DNA of 64,000 bases from Candidatus Omnitrophota bacterium (GTDB lineage Bacteria > Omnitrophota > Gorgyraeia > Duberdicusellales > 4484-171). The notes under the pieces are model-generated. The model searched no databases. It had not been told where the DNA came from and was given only the letters and a program-made list of their open reading frames with translations. Position 1 is the first letter of the stretch; each line of letters starts with the position of its first letter. The stretch lies in assembly GCA_014729775.1 (NCBI GenBank), contig WJJJ01000021.1, positions 24,788-88,787 on the forward strand. The letters run 5' to 3'. The translations under genes were made by a program, and so were the position numbers. Shown here in pieces: positions 10,083 to 19,824 of this stretch.

Positions 10083-10874
10083 CTAAATTTTAGACTGAAT
10101 TATATTCTGTGCGAGATTCATGTTCACCGTATCAGCGGCGGCAGCAACCCGAAGCATACCCGCTTCCAGCGCCATAAGCCGCTCGGTGGTATACGAACGC
10201 AGGATTATCTCACAATCACCGCTTTCTCTCAAGGAATTATTCTTGCGGTAGCGCGCACAAAGATGCGCGTGTACGCACTGTATCATGCACCGCAGGAATT
10301 CCATAAATTCCTGCCGTTTTTTGAATTTTTTCCGATGGCCGCGCAAAAACGACGCGACGTCGGATGCCTCCTGCGCCGCGCCAACTTCCCGAACTTCCTC
10401 CGGAAGAAAGACTTTGCGGCACCGGGAGAGAATCGTGGGAAGGATCCCCTCGGTATGCGCAGCACACACCATGATACAGGAATGTCCGGGGGGCTCTTCC
10501 AGCGTCTTGAGAAACGCGTTCGCCGCTTCGGCGGAAAAACACTCCCCGCCGTTCACTTTCAGGATTTTTAACGGGATACGGAAACTCCGCAGGCTCAGGA
10601 ATTCCCTGCTTTCACGAATACTCTGAATTTTTATGGTGTGAGGATCAGGAGCAATGATCTTCAGATCCGGATGCCTTCCTTCTGCCATTTTTCGGCAGTC
10701 CCAGCACGTTCCGCATCCGAAAGAGGAAACCTCGCAGGCAAATCCCTGAAGAATCCTGAGCATCAGCTCCTCGTTATCCCCCACGAACAGCATCGACTGA
10801 TTCAGGCGTTTCCTCTGTTTCAGCAGCGAAAAATATTTAAGCAGCCGCTCAGTTTGCGGAATCTGTTGCGTCAT
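10083..10874 (-). CDS. holB: DNA polymerase III delta-prime subunit
   Basis: AAA+ clamp-loader fold with a degenerate Walker A (LFVGDNEEL), a Zn module (CGTCWDC) and a sensor motif (SRC). It is adjacent to tmk. Confidence 0.75.
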   Translation of the reverse strand: MTQQIPQTERLLKYFSLLKQRKRLNQSMLFVGDNEELMLRILQGFACEVSSFGCGTCWDCRKMAEGRHPDLKIIAPDPHTIKIQSIRESREFLSLRSFRIPLKILKVNGGECFSAEAANAFLKTLEEPPGHSCIMVCAAHTEGILPTILSRCRKVFLPEEVREVGAAQEASDVASFLRGHRKKFKKRQEFMEFLRCMIQCVHAHLCARYRKNNSLRESGDCEIILRSYTTERLMALEAGMLRVAAAADTVNMNLAQNIIQSKI

Positions 10875-11526
10875 GACATTTACCGGTCTTTTTCCGTCGG
10901 AGGAAAAAATCTTCCAGCGCGTCTTTCACCCGGGGATAAATTACCTCCAGTGCGCCGCGGGCGTCGATGACTTTAATCCGATCCGGATGTTGCCGGGCCA
11001 GCAAGAGATACCCTTCGCGAAGTTTACAGTGATACTGATAGGAACGGGATTCGATCCGGTCTTTCTGCGGAATGCGGGCCAGCCCCTCTTCTACTCCGGA
11101 ATCGAGCAGCAAAGTAATATCCGGAACCATCCCCAGGGAAAATATCCTCACTCCTTCCCGCGCCTGTTCCCGGAGTCCCAGCGCATATCCCTGGTAAGCC
11201 AGGGTCGAATCAAAAAACCGGTCACAGATCACTACGTCATATTCATCAAGCGCCGGACGAAGCTTTTCGTCGATCAGCTGGGTGCGGGCCGCGAGATACA
11301 GCAGCAGCTCCGTGGACGGAGAAATTTCGCGGTTCTCCGGATCAAGCAGGATTTCCCGGATACGTTCCCCGATCCGGGTAGATCCCGGCTCGCGGAAAAC
11401 CGCTACCTGCCGTTTCTGCTCCTGAAAGTACCGTTCCAGGTACCGGATCACGCTGCTCTTTCCGCTTCCTTCCAGTCCTTCCACGCTTACAAACAACGCG
11501 CGCCGGCTCAAATCTTCCTCCGCCAT
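10849..11526 (-). CDS. tmk: Thymidylate kinase
   Basis: P-loop EGLEGSGKSS and DRFFDSTLAYQG LID motifs are present. Confidence 0.85.
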   Translation of the reverse strand: MAEEDLSRRALFVSVEGLEGSGKSSVIRYLERYFQEQKRQVAVFREPGSTRIGERIREILLDPENREISPSTELLLYLAARTQLIDEKLRPALDEYDVVICDRFFDSTLAYQGYALGLREQAREGVRIFSLGMVPDITLLLDSGVEEGLARIPQKDRIESRSYQYHCKLREGYLLLARQHPDRIKVIDARGALEVIYPRVKDALEDFFLRRKKTGKCHDATDSAN

Positions 11527-12926
11527 ACGGTTCCGTGCTTCGTGTCTTCGAGAATAACCCCTTTGGCGTCCAGTTCCTCGCGGATCGCGTCCGCTTCTTC
11601 GTATTTTTTTTCCTTGCGCATTTTTTCTCTTTCTCTGATCATGGATTCGACTTCCCGCTCCGAGATCGTGGAGGAAGAGACGTATTCAAAAGTAAAGCAG
11701 AAAACGTCGCACATTTCCCGCAGAATTTCCTCCGCGCAGTCAAGGAACGGATCCTTCCCGTTCTCTTCCTGATCAAGCCTCCTGTGACATTCGTTGACCA
11801 GCTCGAACAACGCGGCAAGCCCTTCCGGCATGTTGAAATCGTCATCCATGGCCCCAATGAACTTCTGCCGGTATCGCTGGGCGGATTCCGCACCGCTTTC
11901 CTTTTTTCCGGTCCTGTCACGGTGTTCGAGTCTGTCTCTGACGTTGACGATCCGCCCGTACGCGCTCTTCATCTCTTCCATCTTCCGCCAGGAAAAATCC
12001 ACGGAACTCGCGTAATGAGCCTGTAAAAATAAAAGTTTCAGCGCATCGGCCGGAAAGCGTTCGCACACCTCCCTGATGGTCACGAAATTACCGGCGGATT
12101 TCGCCATCTTTTGATGTCCGATTGTCACCAATCCGTGATGTATCCAAAATCGCGCGAACGGTCTGCCGGTACGGGCCTCGGATTGGGCCAGTTCGTTTTC
12201 ATGATGAGGGAACACCAGATCTCTGCCGCCGCCGTGAATATCAATCGTTTCGGTCGAAAGACATTTCAGGCTCATCACCGAACATTCAATATGCCACCCG
12301 GGCCGGCCCGATCCCCACGGACTTTCCCAGGACGGTTCCTGGGATTTGGCCTTTTTCCACAGCGCGAAATCAAGGGTATCGCGTTTACGGGGATCGGCCT
12401 CGATCCGCACCGAATCAAAAAGATCATCGATCTTTTTCCCGGAAAGCTTCCCGTAATCAGGAAACGAACGGACGGAGAAATATACGTTTCCCTCGCTCTC
12501 GTATGCATATCCCTGTTCAATCAAGGACCGGATAAACTCCTGCATCTCCGGTATGTTTTCGGTCGCGAGGGGTTCCTGTTCCGCCCGTGGAATGCCCAGC
12601 CGCGCGAGATCTTCCCGGTAACTTCGGATATACGTTTCCCGCACCATTTCAAACGCCTCCGGCAACGCAAGATGTTCCCGTTCGCTGACGGTGCGCGCTT
12701 TCCGGATGATTTTATCGTCTATGTCGGTAATGTTACGGATATGGCGCACCCGGTATCCCCGAAAAGAGAGATAACGCTTGATCACCTCAAAGATATACAA
12801 TGACCGGGCGTGTCCGATGTGACAATGATCGTATACCGTCACCCCGCACGTGTACAGATTCACCTGACCCGGCGCCTGCGGCTGAAATTCATCCTTTTTG
12901 CGGGTAAGCGTATTATAAATTTTCAT
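11508..12926 (-). CDS. cysS: Cysteinyl-tRNA synthetase
   Basis: HIGH motif (CHIGHARS) and KMAKS/KMSKS-like motif are present, and overall length fits CysRS. Confidence 0.85.
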   Translation of the reverse strand: MKIYNTLTRKKDEFQPQAPGQVNLYTCGVTVYDHCHIGHARSLYIFEVIKRYLSFRGYRVRHIRNITDIDDKIIRKARTVSEREHLALPEAFEMVRETYIRSYREDLARLGIPRAEQEPLATENIPEMQEFIRSLIEQGYAYESEGNVYFSVRSFPDYGKLSGKKIDDLFDSVRIEADPRKRDTLDFALWKKAKSQEPSWESPWGSGRPGWHIECSVMSLKCLSTETIDIHGGGRDLVFPHHENELAQSEARTGRPFARFWIHHGLVTIGHQKMAKSAGNFVTIREVCERFPADALKLLFLQAHYASSVDFSWRKMEEMKSAYGRIVNVRDRLEHRDRTGKKESGAESAQRYRQKFIGAMDDDFNMPEGLAALFELVNECHRRLDQEENGKDPFLDCAEEILREMCDVFCFTFEYVSSSTISEREVESMIREREKMRKEKKYEEADAIREELDAKGVILEDTKHGTVWRRKI

Positions 12927-13395
12927 CGCTCTTCACACTCGCCACGGCCATACAGCATACGGCGTCCTTCCCCCCCAGCAGAGACAATCCCTCTTTGGAT
13001 TTGATTTTCACGTTCACCGGACAGGAAAACAATTTCTTCAACTGCCCGCACATCGCTTCTTTATAGGGCACGAGGCGGGGAGCCTGGGCGACAATCGTCA
13101 CATCAATGTTGATCAACGAAAACCGTCCTTCCATTTTTCCCAATACGAACCGAACGATTTCCGCGCTGGAAACGTTCTGCGAAGATTCCGCTTCGGGCGG
13201 AAACAAATCTCCTATATCCCCTAACCCGCACGCCCCGCAAAGGGCGTCACAAATCGCGTGCAGCACCACATCTCCGTCGGATACGGCTGAAAGAGTCCGC
13301 TCATAGGGGATTTTTACCTGGGCCAGAAGAATATCCCTGCCCCGATCCGTGTAGGCGTGCACGTCGAACCCGAAGCCTGCTCGTGTATGTGTCAC
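12913..13395 (-). CDS. ispF: 2-C-methyl-D-erythritol 2,4-cyclodiphosphate synthase
   Basis: GFGFDVHAY...SDGDV..HA..DAL is the IspF signature. It has a GTG start forming a GTGA overlap with the ispD stop. Confidence 0.85.
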   Translation of the reverse strand: MTHTRAGFGFDVHAYTDRGRDILLAQVKIPYERTLSAVSDGDVVLHAICDALCGACGLGDIGDLFPPEAESSQNVSSAEIVRFVLGKMEGRFSLINIDVTIVAQAPRLVPYKEAMCGQLKKLFSCPVNVKIKSKEGLSLLGGKDAVCCMAVASVKSDENL

Positions 13396-14075
13396 CGATC
13401 ATACCCTTCTTGTTTTCCCCGGAAAAAATCCAGATCCTCCGGGAACGTAATTTTAACGTTCTTCCGCTCTCCTTCAATCACTTTTACCTTTCCACCCGTC
13501 TGCTCCACCAGTTGAGCGTCATCGAAATACTCTTTATGTTCGGCGTTCGCGTAGGCGTGCCGAAGCATTTTTCTTCGAAAGCCTTGGGGAGTCTGCACCG
13601 CGTAGACGGAATTTCTATTCAGCGTAGAGTTCACGTACCCCCTGGAATCAACCGTTTTCAGCGTATCTCTGGAACGTATCCCGCAAATGACCGCTTCATG
13701 GCTGTCCAGCGCGCTGATCACCCGCCCGATCAATTCCGGCGACACAAAAGGGCGGGCCCCGTCATGTATCAACACCCCGCGTATCGTTTTTTTTAGCGCA
13801 TCAAGGCCGTTTCTCACCGATTCGGTGCGGCACGCGCCTCCTTCCGCCAGACGCACTTTTTTTTCGGGAAACCACTCCTCCGCGCGGGAGAAATGTTCCC
13901 GGCGAAGAACGAGCACGACTTGATCAATGCCTCCGGCACGCAAAAAGGTCCGGCAGGCGTGGACGAACAGCGGCGCCCCGTTCACCTTTACACAGGCCTT
14001 GTCCCGGCCGAACCGGGCTCCCTTCCCCGCACATACGATCACCGCCCCTGTTTTCATAGTCAGTTTTTGCGGCAA
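13392..14075 (-). CDS. ispD: 2-C-methyl-D-erythritol 4-phosphate cytidylyltransferase
   Basis: AVIVCAGKGARFG is an IspD-type N-terminus. The true start may be the internal ATG (MKTGAVIV, about 18 nt downstream of the track start). Confidence 0.8.
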   Translation of the reverse strand: MPQKLTMKTGAVIVCAGKGARFGRDKACVKVNGAPLFVHACRTFLRAGGIDQVVLVLRREHFSRAEEWFPEKKVRLAEGGACRTESVRNGLDALKKTIRGVLIHDGARPFVSPELIGRVISALDSHEAVICGIRSRDTLKTVDSRGYVNSTLNRNSVYAVQTPQGFRRKMLRHAYANAEHKEYFDDAQLVEQTGGKVKVIEGERKNVKITFPEDLDFFRGKQEGYDR

Positions 14076-14081
14076 GCTGCG

Positions 14082-15062
14082 TCAGCCGGCCAGTTTCGTG
14101 AACACGATACGGCCGCTGGGACTTTGCAGTACCGAAGTCACTTCTACCTCTGCCATCTTCCCGATCAGCCAGCGGGCATTTTCCACGACTACCATCGTGC
14201 CGTCCTCTAAATAACCGACTGCCTGGTTATGTTCTTTCCCTTCTTTGATCAGCTTAAGTGAAAACCGCTCGCCCGCGATGAATATCGGTTTAAGCGCGTT
14301 GCTGAGATCATTGATATTCAACACCCGCGCTCCCTGCAGCTGCGCGATACGGTTCAAATTGTAGTCCGTGGTGAGAATTTTCGCCCCGAGATCACGGGCA
14401 AGCTTCACTACTTTTTCGTCAACCGACTTCACACCCTCGATGTCTTTGTCGTGGATTACCACTTCAATGTAGGGCTCCTTTTTTAACGAATGCAGTATTT
14501 CGATCCCGCGCTTCCCCTTCTGCCGCTTCATATGCTCGGTGGAATCGGCCAACGCGCGCAGTTCATTCAACACCACCCGGGGAATCAATAACCTCGCCTC
14601 CAGGAACCCGGTCTTCACGATATCGAGAATCCTGCCGTCAATGATACTGCTGGTATCCACGACAATCGTTTCTTCCTTTAATTCCTGGCGTCGGAATTTC
14701 ACGTAAGGGATCACGAGATTGAAATCGCTTTTTCCCTTGATCCCGAGCGTAAGCCCCAGATACACAAAAATGAAGGTAAAAAACACCTGCACTACCGACA
14801 GTACTTCGGCCGGCACCGGGAACAGGCGCAGTGCCTCATTGAAAATTTTCGCGATCAACAGCCCCAGCAAAATACCGAACACCGCGCTAGAAAGCCCCTT
14901 CAGGGAAACCCTTCTTGCGAATATCTCGAATAATACCACAATGAGTCCGATCACGAATCCCATCAACGTATACATCAGTAAGTTTTCCTTGCTCAACGCG
15001 TATCCTGCGATCGTGCAGATAAAAATGAAAAATACGCGCAACAAAAATAATTTTCCCATCAT
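14082..15062 (-). CDS. Membrane PIN/TRAM-domain protein (YacL-like)
   Basis: N-terminal TM helices, then a PIN-like region (IVVDTSSIIDGRI) and a C-terminal TRAM-like beta domain. The start is set at the ATG with a strong SD (GGAAAAAGGAGG). Confidence 0.7.
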   Translation of the reverse strand: MMGKLFLLRVFFIFICTIAGYALSKENLLMYTLMGFVIGLIVVLFEIFARRVSLKGLSSAVFGILLGLLIAKIFNEALRLFPVPAEVLSVVQVFFTFIFVYLGLTLGIKGKSDFNLVIPYVKFRRQELKEETIVVDTSSIIDGRILDIVKTGFLEARLLIPRVVLNELRALADSTEHMKRQKGKRGIEILHSLKKEPYIEVVIHDKDIEGVKSVDEKVVKLARDLGAKILTTDYNLNRIAQLQGARVLNINDLSNALKPIFIAGERFSLKLIKEGKEHNQAVGYLEDGTMVVVENARWLIGKMAEVEVTSVLQSPSGRIVFTKLAG

Positions 15063-15096
15063 CCTACCTCCTTTTTCCGCGTGCGAAAACAAAATT

Positions 15097-16446
15097 TCAG
15101 GAAAACACCTTATGAATGACATCCTGTAACGTGGCGCACGGAACCACTTTCAAATTTTTTGGCGCATCCAGATCTTTCGTGTTCACTTCCGGTATGAAAC
15201 ACCGGCGAAAATTCCCGCGGTACGCTTCTTTCAAACGGCCGTTGATCCGGCTCACTCTGCGCACCTCTCCGGCCAATCCGATCTCGCCGATAAATACCGT
15301 GTCAAAAGACACCGGACGTTCTTTATAACTGGACACGATTGCCACCGCCGCTCCCAGATCGGTCGCGGGATCGTTCAGGCGAATGCCGCCGGCCACATTC
15401 AAAAACACATCCTCGCCCGAAAACGCCAATTTCAGACGCTTCTCGATAATCGCAATCAGGAGAGAAAACCTGTTAAAATCAAAGCCCAAGCTCCTGCGGC
15501 GCACCGTCCCGAAACTTGCCCGGCTGACCAGCGCCTGCAATTCTACGAACACCGGGCGAATCCCTTCCAGCGAACAGACCACGCTGCTGCCCGATACTTT
15601 TTCTTCCCGGTGTGGAAGAAACAAATCCGCGGTTTTGCTTACCTCTTTCAGACCGCGCGCGGTCATTTCAAAGAGCGCGATATCTCCGGTGGGGCCGAAT
15701 CGATTTTTGCTGGCGCGAAGGATTCGATAATGAGACAGCGCCTCACCTTCAAAATATAACACGCAATCGACAATATGTTCCAGCAGTTTCGGCCCTGCGA
15801 TAGACCCTTCCTTAGTAATGTGACCGACCACACAAATCACCACGCCCGAAGATTTCGCGATCCGGGTAAGATGATCGGCGCATCCCCGGATCTGAGAAAT
15901 ACTCCCCTTTGAACCCTCGCATTCCGGGGTGTAGACAACCTGTACAGAATCGATGACCACGAATTTAAACTCGTACTCGCGGACATACCGTTCAATCTGC
16001 GCCAGGTCGTCTTCACCCACCACATAAAGATTCCCCAGCGCTTTCCCCAGCCGCTCCACGCGGAGCGCCACCTGTTCCGGCGATTCTTCCGCGCTGACGT
16101 ACAGCGTCTTTTCTTTTTTCGCAAACTGAGCGGCGACCTCCAGAAGGAGCGTCGATTTCCCCACCCCCGGCGCTCCGCCGACGAGCACGATCTCTCCCTG
16201 GACGAACCCTCCGCCCAATACCTGATCAAATTCCTTGATCCCGGTATAGATACGCCGGTAGGAATGTTGCTGTATTTCGGAAAACGGACGCGGCGGAATT
16301 ACTTCGCGCGAGGCGCGGCGGTTTGAAATGCGGATCTTTGGTTCCGGTTCACGAAAACTTTCCCACTCCCCGCAATGAGGGCATTTTCCCAGCCATTTGA
16401 TCGACTGATATCCGCATTGTGCACATACAAACATAGTTGAACTCAC
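15097..16446 (-). CDS. radA: DNA repair protein RadA/Sms
   Basis: C4 zinc finger (CAQCGY...CPHCGEW), RecA-like Walker A (GGAPGVGKST), KNRFG motif and a Lon-like C-terminus are present. It has a GTG start. Confidence 0.85.
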   Translation of the reverse strand: MSSTMFVCAQCGYQSIKWLGKCPHCGEWESFREPEPKIRISNRRASREVIPPRPFSEIQQHSYRRIYTGIKEFDQVLGGGFVQGEIVLVGGAPGVGKSTLLLEVAAQFAKKEKTLYVSAEESPEQVALRVERLGKALGNLYVVGEDDLAQIERYVREYEFKFVVIDSVQVVYTPECEGSKGSISQIRGCADHLTRIAKSSGVVICVVGHITKEGSIAGPKLLEHIVDCVLYFEGEALSHYRILRASKNRFGPTGDIALFEMTARGLKEVSKTADLFLPHREEKVSGSSVVCSLEGIRPVFVELQALVSRASFGTVRRRSLGFDFNRFSLLIAIIEKRLKLAFSGEDVFLNVAGGIRLNDPATDLGAAVAIVSSYKERPVSFDTVFIGEIGLAGEVRRVSRINGRLKEAYRGNFRRCFIPEVNTKDLDAPKNLKVVPCATLQDVIHKVFS

Positions 16447-16459
16447 GTCGACGCCTGCT

Positions 16460-17158
16460 TTATTCGGGCTTATGCAGCAGTTTCCAAGGATGCTTCTTCA
16501 AATCGCGAATAAACTCTTCCGTTACCTGATACAGCGAATCATCGTACAGCAAGCGGCCGACCGTACCTTGTTTATTGCGGACATCTTTCACCAAACCTTT
16601 TAAATCAAGCGTAATATCCTCAAGATTTTTCATCGTATTTTCGAACGAGGTCTTAATCTCTCCTTCCTGCACGAATTCCTGAATTTCTCCCATGGTCTGA
16701 TGAAAAGTCGTGAATAAACTAAAAAGAGGAGTGGGAGACACCCCTTCTACCTGCGCGTTTTCGCTGAGATACCCGGTGATTTCCTCCGGAGGATTGATCT
16801 CCAGATACTTCTCCCCGAACAAACTAAGACTGTTGATGAAAAAATATGAGCCTTCGGGTATTTTCACGTTCCGCTGAATGTTGGCATGGACCACGACGTG
16901 AGGAATATCGGCGTCGTTTCTGATATCCACCCGGTCGACCTCCCCCACATTCACCCCCAAAAACCGCACCGGGGACGCCGGACGAAGCCCCTCGGCGAAC
17001 TCAAACCTTATCCGAATAGGATAGGTCCCCCGGAAGAATTTCATCTCCGGCATCGACAACAAAGCGATGAATACCAAAAGCAGGGCTCCCAGGAAAAATA
17101 TACCTACTTTTATGTATGCGAGATTCCGCCGGATATCTCCCAAACGTTTCTTTTTCAT
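16460..17158 (-). CDS. mlaD: MlaD-like MCE-domain protein
   Basis: An N-terminal TM anchor is followed by an MCE domain. Confidence 0.7.
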   Translation of the reverse strand: MKKKRLGDIRRNLAYIKVGIFFLGALLLVFIALLSMPEMKFFRGTYPIRIRFEFAEGLRPASPVRFLGVNVGEVDRVDIRNDADIPHVVVHANIQRNVKIPEGSYFFINSLSLFGEKYLEINPPEEITGYLSENAQVEGVSPTPLFSLFTTFHQTMGEIQEFVQEGEIKTSFENTMKNLEDITLDLKGLVKDVRNKQGTVGRLLYDDSLYQVTEEFIRDLKKHPWKLLHKPE

Positions 17159-17225
17159 ATCACCCCCTTCTTACAAAAACAAAATATTATTGAATATCCT
17201 TTCTCGTGATTACATCGGCTTGCTT

Positions 17226-17312
17226 CTCTGCCTTTTCTCTCTTGCTACTTACCCCTTACTTCTTACTTTTTATCCCTTATTTCTTACCTCTTACCTCTGC
17301 CTCTCATCTCGT
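17226..17312. repeat. Polypyrimidine CTTAC/CTTCC-repeat intergenic element (copy 1)
   Basis: ...ctacttaccccttacttcttactttttatcccttatttcttacctcttacctctgcctctc... It shares the core tcttacctctg with the element at 23895-23962 and ttcttacttctta with 32508-32549. Confidence 0.6.
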
Positions 17313-17349
17313 ATCCGGGATCAAGTATCGAACATCCAGAATCCCCCTC

Positions 17350-18117
17350 CTACACCTCCATCTCCTGAATCGGTCCTTTTGAACTTCCTTCTAAAAACTG
17401 AATCACCCGCTTATCCTCGGTCTGTTCCAAATCCTGAGTATCTCCTTCAAAGATCATCCTCCCGCCGAGCAAGAAAGCGAGACGATCGGCAATTTTCAAT
17501 CCCACCTCGAGATCGTGAGTCACTACCAGCGAGGTGATGTTAAATTGGGAATGGAGACCCTCGATTAAAGACACTATCTTATCTACGGAAATCGGATCCA
17601 CGCCGGTAGTCGGCTCATCATACACAATGATTTCCGGATTATAAATGATCGCGCGCGCGATCGCCACCCGTTTGCGCATCCCTCCGCTTAACTGATAGGG
17701 ATATAAATCCTCGATATCTTTAAGTCCCACTAACGCGAGCATATCCCGCACCTTTTCCCTGACTCGCGCCCGCTTCATCTTCGTATGCTGATAAAAATAA
17801 AACCCGACATTCTCCTCGATCGTCAGGAAATCAAATAAGGCGCTTCCCTGATATACCAACCCGAACTTTAGACGAATGCGTTTGCTTTCCGAGGGATTCA
17901 ATCGAGAGATATCGGTATCGTCGATTAATACCCTCCCCGAATCCGGATGCTGCAGTCCGAGGATGTTCTTGAGCAGGACCGATTTCCCGGCTCCGCTTCG
18001 GCCGATGATCAAGAACGTTTCTCCTTCATATACGGTCAACGAAGCGCCTTTGAGTACCTGCTTGTTCTCAAAAGACTTATGAATGTTTTCGACTTGTATT
18101 TTAGGTTTCAAAGCCAT
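17350..18117 (-). CDS. mlaF: MlaF-like ABC transporter ATP-binding protein
   Basis: Walker A (GRSGAGKS), ABC signature (LSGGMRKR) and Walker B are present. The start is set at the ATG 1 nt past the mlaE stop. Confidence 0.8.
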   Translation of the reverse strand: MALKPKIQVENIHKSFENKQVLKGASLTVYEGETFLIIGRSGAGKSVLLKNILGLQHPDSGRVLIDDTDISRLNPSESKRIRLKFGLVYQGSALFDFLTIEENVGFYFYQHTKMKRARVREKVRDMLALVGLKDIEDLYPYQLSGGMRKRVAIARAIIYNPEIIVYDEPTTGVDPISVDKIVSLIEGLHSQFNITSLVVTHDLEVGLKIADRLAFLLGGRMIFEGDTQDLEQTEDKRVIQFLEGSSKGPIQEMEV

Positions 18118-18118
18118 C

Positions 18119-18880
18119 TTAAATAAAATAGAAAAGCGCCGTAAGAATGCAGTCACAGATAATGATCAGAATGAACGACCGGACTACCGCGTGGGTGACC
18201 GAACGGGACACGTCGATCGAGGAAAACGGCCGGAACCCCTCAAAACAGGAAACAAACGCGATAATCGAGCCGAAACAGATGCTTTTCACAATGCCGCCGA
18301 CGATATCTTTTACTCCCAGCGCGTCAAAGGTGAGCTGGAAATAGAGCCCCGCGGGAAGAGAAAATTTCGTCGACCCGACAATATAGCCCCCTATGATCCC
18401 CAGACAGTCGGCATAAATGACCAGCAGCGGCATGCACACGAACAACGCGATAAATTTAGGAACGACCAGATAGTCTATCGGATTGACCGCGAACGTCTCC
18501 AGCGCGTCCACCTGCTCGCTTATTTTCATTGAACCGATCCCGGCGGTGATCGAAGCGCCGCTGCGGGCGGCGACGATCAGAGAGCTTAATACCGGCCCCA
18601 ATTCCCGCACCAGGGACAACGCGACAAGAGAGGCGATATAAATTTCCGATTTAAACTGCTTTAACTGATATGCCGTCTGGAACGCGATAATAATCCCGAC
18701 AAAAAACGCGATGAGGGAAACCAGGGGAAGACTGTCCACTCCGATAACCACGATTTCGCGCAGTAAAGTTTTCAGTTTTCTTTTTTTCGCGAAAAACCAC
18801 CAGAGGGTGTCTTTGACAAAGAGCACGATCCCCCCCAGGTATTGAAACATCTCTTCAAACCGCTTAATCAAAGTGATCAA
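18119..18880 (-). CDS. mlaE: MlaE-like ABC permease
   Basis: Polytopic permease. The TTG start gives a TTGA overlap with the upstream stop; an alternative ATG lies at 18848-18850. Confidence 0.75.
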   Translation of the reverse strand: MITLIKRFEEMFQYLGGIVLFVKDTLWWFFAKKRKLKTLLREIVVIGVDSLPLVSLIAFFVGIIIAFQTAYQLKQFKSEIYIASLVALSLVRELGPVLSSLIVAARSGASITAGIGSMKISEQVDALETFAVNPIDYLVVPKFIALFVCMPLLVIYADCLGIIGGYIVGSTKFSLPAGLYFQLTFDALGVKDIVGGIVKSICFGSIIAFVSCFEGFRPFSSIDVSRSVTHAVVRSFILIIICDCILTALFYFI

Positions 18881-19824
18881 AATTCCTTCCTCCGTTCAAA
18901 GCCCACTACGGTTTCGTCCTCCTCAAAACGCAGCCGCAGGAAATCATCGCTCTGCATTTTATACCTGACTTCCGCGGCGGGCCCCATCGTCCGTTCGCTA
19001 CGCTGTTCATAGGCCCCGAAACTCACGTCGAATTTCGGATCGACGCTTTTTTTGACTTCAACGCTTTTCTCTTTATCCGATTCCAGTTCCCATTCTCCGA
19101 GACCCAGCTTTTGAGACACGAAATCGGCTCCGGGAAAAATATTATCAAAATTCCCGATATCCATTTGCCCGACGACTTCAAACTCGCCGCCGTCGGAAAG
19201 GGTGATTTTTGAATCGGTAATGCTCAACACCGGCGGTTTACCGAGAAAATTAAGGAACATATGGGCAAACTGCGTTCCCTGGTACTGTCCGTCTTCAATT
19301 TCCACCGTTCCGGTCGTCAGCATATTCCCCAGCTGACCCCAGATTTTCGCGTCAAGATCAATCCTTCCCGAAAGCAATTCCGACTGCTGGGCCCATTTCG
19401 CCTGCAGCCGGAATTGAACGGTTTCTTCCGGCAGTGAAAGCTTCCCGCTCAGCAGCAGTCCGGAGGCGCGCAAATGGGTCAGCATCACGCTTTCCTCTCG
19501 GTGAACGATACGCGCCGACACCTCGGGAAAATACTTGGATCCCACCCGTACGTCTTTTCCCTCAAGCGTGTACACCGCGTAATCTTCTTCGGCCTTGATC
19601 TGATATTCGAACGCCGCCGCGACCTCGAATGCCCCCAGCGAAAATCCCCGTATCTTTCCCCGCCGCGCGTTCAGATCAAGTTCGACATAGTTACGCTTGG
19701 GTTCGACGATATCCGCGTACCGCCCGGACGCTTCTCCGTCCTCATAGGCCGGCCGGGAAGCGCTGGTATCTGTCACCCTACAGATCACCGCGGCAAAGAA
19801 CAGAACGCATACGATCCGCTTCAT
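18877..19824 (-). CDS. Secreted hypothetical protein at the head of the mla cluster
   Basis: N-terminal signal peptide ([22 protein letters not shown]). No recognisable family. Confidence 0.5.
   Translation of the reverse strand: MKRIVCVLFFAAVICRVTDTSASRPAYEDGEASGRYADIVEPKRNYVELDLNARRGKIRGFSLGAFEVAAAFEYQIKAEEDYAVYTLEGKDVRVGSKYFPEVSARIVHREESVMLTHLRASGLLLSGKLSLPEETVQFRLQAKWAQQSELLSGRIDLDAKIWGQLGNMLTTGTVEIEDGQYQGTQFAHMFLNFLGKPPVLSITDSKITLSDGGEFEVVGQMDIGNFDNIFPGADFVSQKLGLGEWELESDKEKSVEVKKSVDPKFDVSFGAYEQRSERTMGPAAEVRYKMQSDDFLRLRFEEDETVVGFERRKEF

Noticed and set aside
10083-10874. HolB lacking a canonical GxxGxGK[ST] Walker A
   Set aside because: This is normal for the delta-prime subunit, which is an inactive AAA+ fold, and is not a pseudogene signal.
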